Part shown: positions 25,465 through 36,923 of the stretch, one piece after another
Layout: every line of letters begins with the position of its first letter
Numbering within the stretch: position 1 is the stretch's first letter
NCBI GenBank assembly: GCA_011109175.1
Contig: RDEW01000046.1
Location: 201,545 to 265,544, forward strand
DNA from: Dicyema japonicum
Lineage: Eukaryota > Animalia > Dicyemida
Direction: 5' to 3'
DNA length: 64,000 nt
The notes under the pieces: generated by a model
The model's input: the letters and a program-made list of their open reading frames with translations, nothing else
What the model was told of the DNA's origin: nothing
Database searches by the model: none
Position numbers and translations under genes: made by a program

Positions 25465-27113
25465 TTTTTGCAGAAATCGAAAATTCTCTCATCGTGCAAG
25501 TATATTGTGAATAGTAGTGAAGAGATGGAGTCTCCTTGAGGAGTGCCTGTGTTTGTTTCAAATTTTCTTGAGTAGGTTTTTCCAACTCTCACGAGGAGCT
25601 ATGTGTTAGATAAAAAGATTTGGATCATTCTTAGACTCGATTCGTCAATAAACCCTTCCAGCACTGTCATCAAATTTGTTCTTTTTAACCGAGTCAAAGG
25701 CTTTTGGTAGATCTATTCCCAGAATGTGGATGGTATTCCAACATCTTTGATGTGTTGCACATCTCCATCTGTGACTCCAGACTGCATCGGCTGTTGATCT
25801 TCCTTCTATGAACCCACTTTGACTTTCGGGTAGGTATTCATAGGCGGGTCGTTTTATTCGTTGCAATACAATGTTAGCTAAGACTTTCCGTAGAGAATTT
25901 GATAATATAATAGGTTGTGAGTTTTCAACCGGTCCTTTGGGTTTATTGGGTTTTTGTATAAGTATTAGTAATCCTGTTCCCAGGGGTAAAGTTGAGTTAA
26001 TTGAAAACATTTCATTTAGAGTGTAGCGATTTTTTCAAAAAGGTGGTCAGGGCCGTATTTCAGTTATTCTGGGTTTATCGTATCTGGTCCAGGCTTCTGT
26101 TATTTTTTAATTTTTGACATGCTGTTTTTACTTCTAAAATTGTAATTGGTTCTTTCAAGGGTCTAGGCGTTCCTTTGAATGGGGGGATTGCTGTAGTCAC
26201 ATTAAAAAGTTTCTCAAAATGTGTTGCAATTACCTCCGCTTGCTCTTCAGTATTCAGTAATGTTTTTCCATTTTTGTCTTTGATGATTATTCGTTCTTCC
26301 GGTTTGTGTGGCGTAGTAAATGAGCAGCCATATACATTTGTGAATTATCTTTTAGTTTGGATAATTCATTGATTTTGCGAAGCAGTTCTTCTTGGTGGAG
26401 TGTCTTGTTCAGTCTCCTGATTTTTCTACGGATTTGGTTCCACGATGAGAGAATGCGTGTTGCACAAGAACAGTTTGTTTGCGTGCAGAAATGGCCAAGT
26501 ATGGTCCCAGGCAAGTTTCTTTTTCCACGTCCGTGTCTTTCCATGAAGGTATCTCTGAGTTTTTTTCAAATTTTCGCATTTAGATTGCCAGCAATGAATA
26601 TAAGTGAGGACGACTCACATTCATTATATGTCTTTGATAATGTTGAGTAGAATTCATTCAGTTCGGTCGGGTTTTTTGCTACTCTTCCACAGTGTGTGTA
26701 TATACATTCATAATTGTTAGTGTATTTTTAAGAAAACATTGGTTGTTCAGACGTATCTGTATTACGCAGATCCTGTCGTTCACTCGCCAAATACGACTGG
26801 TGTCAGATTATAGTTTTCTGTGAATGGCGAATCCAAGACCATAGTGTTTTGAGTCACTGGGTAGGAATATTAGTCGATATTTTCCATAGTTTTCATCGAG
26901 ATAGTACGTAATTTTTGTCTCTTGTAAAAAGCTAATAGAAACGTTATATCTTTCTAGGTCATCACAGAGAGTATTTCTTGACTGAGGCTTCCTCTAACAT
27001 TGAACGTAAGAAGCTTTAGGGAAAGCATATTCTCTTGTATCTTCTGCTTTTTAGACATTTTTCTTAACCGTTGTAAAGAGCCGAAATGAGACACGTCACC
27101 GCCTCACCAAAAA
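25465..27113 (-). mobile_element. RTE-like LINE, 5' part
   Basis: Near-identical to 42166-44170; APE plus QSGF, DAVWSHRW and TPQGDSIS. Confidence 0.88.
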
Positions 27114-27250
27114 ATTAAGTAAAAAAACGTGCAAGTGGTCATAAATCTCCAAACATGATAGGTAACAAAATAAAACGGAAATAATTTTCTGAATTAATCA
27201 TAAAAATTAATATTAATTTACAAAAATTTAAATATCTAATTAAAATAAAT

Positions 27251-27909
27251 ATGAGTGAGGTGGTGTTGTTATAAAGTTTATAGAAAACAAATGTCGCCTT
27301 ATTTAATCAAACATTGCTCAATGAAGTTGAAGAATTACAAGCTTATATTTTAAATTTAATAGTTAAGACTGAAAACGAACAAACAGCATCAAATTTGTAG
27401 TTTGATTAATAAGCTTAGGCACGTTTTCAATGATAGTTTCAGCATAATTTCTAGTCAGATTTGCAAAATTCACAGAATTTTTTCTTCTCATGATTTCTTG
27501 AACCTCCACAGCGTTGCTTGTTCACCAATCCGTTACACACACGAGGCTGATCCTCGACTTATGGAAACCACAAACAAAAGACTTGATAAATTTAACGGAG
27601 TTTCTATTCCGGATTACATGCGCACTAAATTGGAGAAAAATGCTGAAATTTCTCTGAAAACCCTGGAAAAGGAAATTTTGTTCAAACCTGGTGAATCTGT
27701 TGAAGTTTTAATTCTTATTTCCTAAGAAACAAACTCGAGACTTATTTGATGCCTGTGAGTGTATTCATTCAGTCTTGACTGACCTGAAGATTGAAATAAA
27801 TAATAATTATGATAAAAGTAATTTACTAGAAATTTGTTTAGTACTGTCTAAGAAGAATCAAACATATGACCATTCTGACACTACAACTCTTATTAGATTT
27901 TTGTTATAA
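27251..27909 (+). CDS. MED8: Mediator subunit 8
   Basis: Introns 27260-27283, 27397-27418, 27705-27726 and 27818-27841; DSFSIISSQI, DPRLMETTNKRLDKFNGVSIPDYMRTK and QTYDHSDT align with MED8 motifs as recalled. Confidence 0.75.
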
Positions 27910-28009
27910 GTTTAATTTTATTATTAATATTCACCTAAGAAACGAGCACTGTTATGTACTGTACAAAATCATGGTGGTTAAGATAATATCGGAACTGTGA
28001 CTCTAGAAG

Positions 28010-29265
28010 AGTTACTAATTGCAATTTCGAACACTCGATGCAGAGAGATTATGCCTGTTAGGATCCATAAGGAATGATGTCACAATTTTGTCTCTGCGCT
28101 TGCATCCTGTATTGAAAATCTAATTCTCAATGGTTCGAAGGGGGATTAGATGATGCTTTCCTTTTTTTCGGACTTACACTTGCCTGGAATCGAAGTCTAC
28201 ATTTCCTTTACGAAGACCGTCTTTTTCAAGTCAAATAAAAACACGTTTGACCACCTTTACGGAATCTTGGGAAAAATTAGCCGTAGAATTATTTATATCT
28301 TTGGGGACTGCACTAACCTCATTCATTGACTAGCCTTCCTCTGGGTCTGAAAGGTATTGTTCACACGTTAGAAAGAAATTGATGTGGAGATCTAACTGCA
28401 TATTGTAGCAGATTACTTGTTCCGTCATCCGCTCAGAAAATTAGAGACCCAATGTTTAATGTTAGGAAGAATTTCCGTTTCAATTATTTTCAGTGTCAAA
28501 GGGGTAATCTATTGATGTAAAAATAGTTCTCATATTGAGTTCAATTTTCACCAATAAATTTTAATGGACGTCAACCGTAGAGCACAGAATCCATGCTGGA
28601 ATGGAGACATTGGAATCGACTCTTGAATGCATTCAAAAACTGATCATTTGAGAACTTCTTGTGAGATACGATGTGTGGTATTTGATTAAAGAATCATGCT
28701 ATACATGAATGTTGTTTTGAGGTTCTCCAGTAGAATCTCTAAGAGAGACCTAATTAAACTCTAAGCCTTATAGTGAAACGTATTTGGTGTATTTTTATAT
28801 AATTTTGTCCGTCGTTTAATCATCATGTAAACCCGTGTCATCATTTGATAACAGATTCTGTTCTTTCGAAGATTTCGTTGTTAATCAATAGTTTAGTCTT
28901 TCATTAAGTATGATTAAGTATGATAGTTAAGTATCCACCAAGTTTCTATGGCTGTCACTATGAAAATTCCGCTTAAACACAGTAAAAGTAATAATTTTGT
29001 TTCATTTCCACGGAGTATCCAAGAAACCTCGGTGTGCGTAACCACCCGGAGTTCAGACTCTTGTAACAGCAACATATCAATACGATTGTTTTAACAAAGC
29101 TTTTAAGTTAAAGTTATTCACTTTGTTTATATTCATTTGGATGATATTTATAGGAGAGTTTGTTTTAGACATCATTACATTGGCATAGGGCAGTCTTTAT
29201 TTATCAACCTCATTATGAGAATAAAGAAAAGGTAACTTTTTTCAAACGCAACCCTCACCAGACAT
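28010..29265 (-). mobile_element. Degenerate APE-RT LINE
   Basis: IIQMNI..LLQE APE start and FQHGF remnant. Confidence 0.55.
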
Positions 29266-29269
29266 TTTT

Positions 29270-29520
29270 TTATTATTATTATTATTTAAGCCAAAGAAAC
29301 ACCGTCTTAACCAATAACTAATATTAAGGTGATCCCGGCATCTCTCAGTAATCGGGCCATTTTTTCTCGATGCTCCGACCGTGATCCCACGCATTTTCTA
29401 TACGGACGGGGGTCTTTTTCCTTTCCTCTTCTGAAATTGCCTCCAGTTGCCTCTATGATAGACTCGAGTGCTCTGGTGGCAATTTCTTTATCTGTATATT
29501 TTTCTAGACATTTTTTGATG
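29270..29520 (-). mobile_element. 3' end of Vingi/Ingi-like LINE
   Basis: RPYRKCVGSRSEHREKMARLLRDAGIT, family stem and (TAA)n. Confidence 0.8.
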
Positions 29521-29658
29521 TAATAATATAAAATTTTAAAATTAAAATTACTTGAACGGTTATAGTTTTCATTTCCAAATAAATTATATATTAATAAAAT
29601 ATTTGTTTAATTATTACTTTTTTTTAAATTAAAAAGCACGTTAGTTCATTCGATCGTC

Positions 29659-30145
29659 ATGGTCTTTTTTAATAATCATTATTAGGCAAAGGCCGTAGTA
29701 AACTCTGTAAACAACTTGAAGATCATAAAAAAGAGGACAAAGAAATTCGTTCGTCACCAGTCCGATAGATTTTCACGTGTCAAGGTAAAATTAAATTCTC
29801 ATGTTTTAGAAAAATTGGAGAAAACCCAAAGGAATTGATAATGTGGTGCGTCAGCGATGCAAAGGAGCTAGACGAATGCCTAAAATTGGTTATGGATCCA
29901 ACAAAAAGACCAAGAACATGCTCCCAAACGGACTAAGAAAATTCCGCTTAAACACAGTAAAAGTAATAATTTTGTTTAATTTTCAGGATGTAGACATCTT
30001 ATTGATGAATAGTGGAAGGTTTTGTGGTGAGATCTCAGGGACCGTATCAAGTCGTAAACGAAAGGTAATAGTTGAAAGGGCGGATCAGTTGGGTGTTCTT
30101 ATCACAAACAGGAATGCCAGACTTCGAACGGATCATAATGATTAA
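29659..30145 (+). CDS. RPL32: 60S ribosomal protein L32
   Basis: [35 protein letters not shown]; introns 29662-29685, 29785-29809 and 29963-29986. Confidence 0.97.
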
Positions 30146-30269
30146 TCGATGATTTTTAATCTCTAAGTTTTCTTGTCATATTTTTGTTATATTAAAATTA
30201 TTATTAGTCACACTATTTAAGAAGTTAGAACAGTCATTCTAATAAATCCAATACATTTAAAATGTTCTT

Positions 30270-30468
30270 GACTATCGTCTTTCCTTTTTTGATTACGTGT
30301 TGTGAGTACCAATAGACAATCCAGTTCTATGAATTCTAATGACGGAATGACTTGTCAACTCAGAATCATCGTAGATGCGTGGATCCCTCAACCGAATTGA
30401 CAGCAGCGAGATTAGAACCCAGGACCACCTGATTTTGGTCCGGAACATTTTAAACTGAGCCATCCGAT
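30270..30468 (-). mobile_element. tRNA-headed SINE, divergent copy
   Basis: A box tggctcagt, B box ggttctaatc and gcatctacgatg core shared with 41792. Confidence 0.7.
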
Positions 30469-30991
30469 ATGAAATAAAAGATTACACAGATCATGGTAAC
30501 ACCAAACTAACTACTCACGTGATCTTAGTATGTTCTAACAAAGACCTCAACTTAGACCAATTTATAACTGGATGGTCATATTTCACGGAAACGCTCCTTG
30601 GTCATATGGATTAAGAATGCCTGAGGCATTGGAGAGGGGAACTTTCCAAAAGTCCAGTGCTCCGTAATTTTAAAAACCCCGTAATTTTAAAAGCTATCTT
30701 CAAAGGATTTGTCCAGGAAAAGAATGGAATACATGGCATAAGAAATCCATGGTTCAATGTATTGCTTGTAGTTTCCAAACTATACAGTCGGACCTCGATT
30801 TGGAACACAAAGTGTTCTATTTCCATATCCATAGTTTTTCTTCAAACTACTGAATAAATTTTGTCTGAAGCAGTAAAAATCCTTTAACAAACTTGGAGCA
30901 ATAACTAGAACTGATTCTTCCAATTCATTAATTTTTTTACTACTTCTTTGATCGTCGTCTTTTTATTTTACATACTATCCATTCGATGCCT

Positions 30992-31257
30992 TAATAATAA
31001 TAATAAAGCCTTTTCAAGAGAGCCATAGTATTATAGCTCCGCATAGGCAGGACACACACTTTATTTAAGTAAAAAACAGTTAATTTTAACTAATCGTAGA
31101 ACCAAGGTGTGATCTTCACTTATTTTTTTCTTTTTCTTGTGTGTGGGTCCTTTTTAGACAATCCAGTTCCGCAGTGAATTTCCACTGATGACGGCGTCAC
31201 TAGTCAAGCCCTTTTTTGCATCGTAGATGCATGGTGAACAGCAGCGAGAATCGAACC
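30992..31257 (-). mobile_element. tRNA-headed SINE, 5'-truncated at the B box
   Basis: Near-identical to 41841-42121; (TTA)n tail. Confidence 0.85.
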
Positions 31258-31317
31258 AATTTTTACTGCAATTTTCATACCTTAAGATTTAAGAAAGAGC
31301 TAAATTACCAATTTTTT

Positions 31318-34300
31318 GGTGTCCAGACATTTGGCCTACAGGAAATTTAGCACAAATAACTAAGAAATATTCCATATTTTTTATTAGCACATTGTTTTAA
31401 AATTAAGAGATAAAATTCAAGATAAAAACATCAAATAAAATGAGTTAAAAAGTTACATCAATAATACTCATTGTTCTGTAGGTAAAACAAAGATTTACTT
31501 AAAGGTGAGAGAGCGCACTCAAAAATTCTACTGGAGTGTATTCATCATATTTTTCTATAATACTGTTTATCCTTTTGTTCACATCCTGGTACTTCTTTAC
31601 TTGTCTTATTGTTATTCCGGCCATCACTTGTTCTACTGAGAGCTCCCACTCTGAGTGTTCTTTTCGTATTTTTGCAACAAGCCGACAAACGGTTGGATGT
31701 TTTATAGACACTTTTTGTGAAAAAGATGTGGCCATCCTTCAAGTGAATTCGTAGTTTTTGGGAGGCCTTCTGCCTGTCTGTCGTGTACATTCCACATTTC
31801 CATACTAAACAATGGTCTTCCTCTCCTTCCATGTTGCAAGGCTCCGATCCATGTTATCTCAAAATAGGTCAGAAAATTTCCCAACACGTCATCAGTCTCA
31901 AGGAGCGCTCGGAAACTCTCAATGACTTGAGGTACAGGAACAAATGCCAGTGCTTGAATATTTTTAATTAAGTTTGCATTCGCTGAATCATTCATGCCTG
32001 CAGTCCTAGATTTTGTATTTTTCGCCATAAACACTGCCCAAAGTAAAAGTAGCAGCCATACACATTTGGAAAAATTCTGTTGATAGAATTGATCGCTGCT
32101 TGCTCATAATCTATGGTAAATGATAGTGGATTCAATTGTGGGTTTTTCTCTTTCAGTGTTGAAAATATTTGTTCATATATTTGTAGAGATTTTTCTCGAG
32201 CAATAGCGTACACTAATGGAACCGTACATGTTTTACATAATGTAACATGTGTATAACTGAAAACCTAATGGAGCTAGATCAAAAGTACCATCACATAACC
32301 AATATTCTTTCATAGACATAAGATCAAGGTTTCTTGCTGTTGTTATTATTATTATTATTATTACCCCCAGGATCACTGGGTCAAAGAGAAAGAAATAAAA
32401 GTTCTCATCTAACTAAGTGATCCCAGACCGACAAAGGTGAGGACGAGTCCGGCGGGGTCGAGAATCCTGAACAGCTCTTCTCATTGGACATGGCATCGGC
32501 TCAAATTTCTGTATGATTGTAGATAATTCGATAGTATTTGGAATAGAGGGCAGCTCGGTAGAACAGCCTCCTTTAATATTTCCGTTGTATTTCAATTAAA
32601 AAATTTTCAATAGGTTGGATATTGTGATCTGGTCCAATTAACTTTATTGCAGTCTCCTCGATTGCAGATAATTTCAATGTGGAAGATCGTGACATTTGCA
32701 TTGCCCATGAAGGACTTGCATACGTCATCGTTGGTCTGATAAATTGTTTGTAAATCGTGGCAAGGATCCCAGTTTGATCTCTAAGTGTTTTTGAGAGCAC
32801 TTTTAAAATTCTCATTTTTTCAGAGCAGAAGTTACTTTGTTTTCAACATGCCGGATAAAGGTGAGTCCCTGATCAAAGGTTACTCCCAGAATCTTCGGTG
32901 TTTTGTTAATAGAGATAGCTTCGTTCTTCATAAAGACTTTTGGTTCGATACAGAGCTGTCTCTTGTAGGTGGTAAACAGTGTGACAAAGGACTTTGCTGC
33001 TGATGTGTCAAGTCTCCGCTTCGAGAGCCATAGTTCCAAGTTGTCGAGCATTTGTTGAGCCAACTGAGTCGCTGATTGAATGCTTCTGTTCTTGGAAGCA
33101 AGAATGATATCGTCGGCATAGGAGAGGATTAGACAGTTTTCATTACAGGTTTGTGGCATGTCGTTTATGTAGAGATTGAAGAGTTGGGGTGATAGTGGGG
33201 AGCCTTGAGGGACTCCATTTGGGAAATAGCGAGATCTTGATTTGATGTTGTTGCAGAGTACTTGTGCTCGTCTTCCATTTAGGAAGTTTCCAAGCCAAAG
33301 TTTCAGGTTCGGATGGATGTTGGTTTCGTATATTTTCTTTGTTAGGAGTTTCCTGGGGACTGAGTCGAACGCTTTTGTGATGTCCACGGATATAAGTACT
33401 GTCCTCTGATGTGGTTTGGGGGAGTTAAATCCTTCCGCAATGAATTGTGTGAGGGTTGTAAGGTGTGTTGTCGTCGAATGGTTGTCCCGGAATCCGTGCT
33501 GGGTCGGAGGTATTGAGATTGAGTCTTGTATTTTTTCCAAAACAAGCCTTTCAAGGATCCTTGAGACCGGACTTAGAATAGATATTGGGCGATAGGAAGA
33601 TGGTTCATCTATTGGTTTGTTGGGTTTTCGGATAGGTCTGATTAGAGACTTCTTCCATATTTCAGGGATTGTATTTGTGTTAATGGATAGGTTGAATATA
33701 TAGGCTAATAGTTCCAGGGCTCGATGGCCTAGGTGCTTCAGTTCACATGTGGTTATGTTGTCTGGTCCTTTGGCCTCTGAGTTGTTGGCCTTAGATATGG
33801 CTCTGCGAACATCCTGACTAGTAAATAGGATCCAGTCATCGGAGCGTTTCGGTTCAATCTTTTTCAGGAATACTTGGTGTTCTTTTGAAAACTTCCTGTA
33901 GGATATAGATGTGTAATATTTTATCAGAGTGTCTGGTTTTATGTAGACTTCGACTTTTCTCTCTGGGGAGGTCTTTTGATGTTTTTGATCCACTTCCACA
34001 CTCTTTGCATTGGGGGGTTTTTGTAGAGAGCTTTCGATAGTCTCGTCCATCTATTTGCATTTTCTGTCTTTATGTTGTTGTCGATCTCTCTGTTCAATTC
34101 TCGTATTTTCCTGATGTTCTCTTCTGTTGGCGATTTTACCATCTTTAGATTATTTCGTTCTCTGATCAGATGTTTCGTCGTTGTGTTAAAACGTTTTGAT
34201 GACGTTGGTTGTCTCCCCATAGGAATGTACTTCTTTTTCGCATCGTTTATAATGGAGTTGAACCATTTCACTAATTGTTCGACGGAGGGAAAAGTGGGGA

Positions 34301-35472
34301 AATTTAATAGTCCAATACAATTATCGACGTATTCCTTGAATCCTTTCCAATTCGCAAGGCTGTAGTTAGTTATTGTTGGGCATTGTCCTTTTATCCGTGA
34401 CCTTGTTTTGACCTCCAAAAATATTGGGTTGTGGTCACCTGGTGTCATACTTCACTGACCAGTCAATAAGTGGGGCCAAGGACGGTGATGACAATGAGAT
34501 GTCGATAGAAGAAGGTTTATCATTACGTCGAGTAGGTGTTCTTGTATGAGATGCAGGATCGTTGAGTATACATAGGCTGTGGAGGTCCTCAATTATCATC
34601 TTCCCTCTTTTGTCGTAGGTTTGTCCTGTCACCACAGTGGGTGCTTCGCATTGAAGTCACCACAGATAATCACATCCTTTAGTGACGCGAGAGGAGTGAG
34701 TCTGGGGGCACTGGACGAGCAGGAACTCAGTGGTGGGAGATATGCGTTGACAATTGTTATTGATAGTCTTGGGAATCGTATTTTGGTAACCAAAAGTTCG
34801 AGATTTCCATATCTTTAAGCATAGTGTAAGCACTGTTGGTTATGTCCTCAAACGGAATGCCGTTGCGGATAACTGTGAGAAGACCCCCACCAAGTTTGCC
34901 AATTCTGTCACTGTTGTTAATATATGCAATCCATCACTATCATGTGGCACAAAATCATCTCCTCTGAGAGTACTTTTAAGTTCATCAGTTAGAATATTAC
35001 CGTCTTGTATTTGATCTGTACGCTATCTTGGAACAGTACGTGCAAGGGTTTCTTTTTTGGGTTGCGCACAAGCAGCATCAATGGAGTATGTGCTTAAACA
35101 ATTATGGATAACAGTCGATGTAGTTTCTTCAGAATCTCTCGCTCTCTTTTTTATCGTATTGACAGTTTTCAGCGCAAGTAAACGTCCTGCATTTGGTGGA
35201 TGTTCGTGTGGTGTCATAGTGCCATAAAGTTCTTCGTTTACAGTTCTTACTCTGCCTTGCATTTTCCTTTCAGCTCACATCTCCAATATATGACATTGTC
35301 TCTCTGTCTATCCATAATGTACGCATAGCTATCATGCAGAAGTTTTCTCTTTCCACGAGTGGTTTGTGAAAATTCCATTTTTACCGATATTAAAATACAT
35401 AATGTATTTATTGATCACTTATACTTAATTGAATTGTCGGCTAAACGTCTATCGGGCAAATGTCCTAGTACC
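31318..35472 (-). mobile_element. MULE (Mutator-like) transposon with FLYWCH domain
   Basis: Ends ggtgtccagacatttggcc / ggtactaggacatttgccc, 8-9 bp TSD (c)aatttttt; DGTF, TIDYEQA, GCYFYFGQCLWRK and TTNSLEGW. Confidence 0.88.
32346..34910 (-). mobile_element. Vingi/Ingi-like LINE, slightly 5'-truncated
   Basis: TSD ctgttgtta (32337-32345 / 34911-34919); APE plus 412-aa RT ORF (SYADD), GIT* and (TAA)n. Confidence 0.92.
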
Positions 35473-36923
35473 AATTTTTTAATAAGAGGACCAGAAACTA
35501 AAATATTTTGGACTCGTAATTGTTGAAAAGTGTCAAGAACTTTACTATCCAAAGTTTTAAAAATATCGTCAGTTTTTATTTGAGTTGGAAAATTTGAAAT
35601 AATGTTCCCACGGGTTATGTACGAAATAATCGTTTTTTTTATTCGAGCTATTGTGCCAATGCTCGTTTCATATTTCCGAGCAAGTAATCTGTGTGAATGA
35701 TATTTCAGGAGTAGACGAGCAATTTCAACTTTTTTCTCGTAACTAAGGCTCATAATGATTTAGTGTAGAGTTTTTTTATTTAAAAATAATTAATTTTTTT
35801 TAATGACTAGAAATAAAAAATAGTAATAAATTCAGTTCCAAGCCGAGGTTTTCATTCAAAAGGAATAAAAGAAATAGTAATAAATTGAAGTTTTAAATAT
35901 TTTTGGCAGAGATCCTACAAAGTGTTCCTAAAACTGGTGTTCCAGCCCTGAAGTCGGACTGTAGTAATTTCCGATATTCCATTTCGGCGTGTTTTTTTCT
36001 TCACCTATTGTTATTACAGTTTCAGCAAATAATATTTTAGAATAACGCAATGGTTATTCTAACCTGCACGAATTATTTCTAATATTCTGTCATTCATAGA
36101 GCCAAGAAGATTACACAATTCCAGAGATTTCTTGGAAGCATGTTCCATTTTTCGCATATAGATAACCTTTTTGCTTTGTTATGCTTGGAAAGAGATGGCT
36201 TTTTCGTTGGCGTAAATGTAAAAAAATATCATTTTTTCATAACATTACGAACTGTTTGAGGACTAACATGAGTTCCATCAAAAATTAGGATCATTAGACC
36301 TTTCAATTTCAATAATGGCCAGATCACTTTCATTCAAAACACCCGGACGCCCAGATCCTGCGTTTCTAGTAACAGTACCATGCAAACAATAATTTTTGAT
36401 CACTCTGGAAGTAGAATCCTAGGATCTTCCCGTAGTACTACAAATGTCACGTAAGTTTTTCCAAGACGATAAAGTCTAAAATTTTCATTTTTCTCAAATA
36501 ACGGGTCTCCTGTCGTTAGAACTGCCGATTCCATAAACGACTCAAGAATTCCAGCGTCGCAGGCGCCAAAACAGGCTCCAGAGGCAAAACAAAATTGTGT
36601 TCACTCGTTTCATATTAATGTGCAAAGTGGTGCTACGTGGATAGTTTGTCAAAATTATTTTCCTTCTTCCGATGGCGTCTACTGGCGCCCAATGCCTGGC
36701 CGGCATCAAGAGGATCCAACAATTCTTCCCGGGGACAACGTGTTACCTGTGACAAGTTCTGGAATGCTGGAACAAGTCAGATTAGTTTGTTTACCCTTGG
36801 TCTTTGGAATAATTTTTAATTAATACAAGATATTACTATCTAGCATATATACTCAAATTTAAATGAAGTTTATAACTATAATTGAATTCTTGAGTCAAAA
36901 AACATATAATATATAAATTACCA

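Larger units (their letters stand above)
30785..35961 (-). mobile_element. pogo-like deletion derivative (hosts a SINE and a MULE)
   Basis: TIRs cagtcggacctcgatttggaacac / cagtccgacttcagggctggaacac, TA TSD; HTH ORF 35415-35753 and FKASNG near 30985. Confidence 0.8.
30500..36490 (-). mobile_element. Degenerate Tc1-like transposase remnant, probably split by the pogo insertion
   Basis: GSGRPGVLNESD motif near 36325-36360; left extent uncertain, no TIRs found. Confidence 0.4.

Noticed and set aside
31160-31230. Hammerhead ribozyme (ctgatga in SINE copies)
   Set aside because: No stem II followed by GAAA; the motif is antisense to the SINE and altered in other copies
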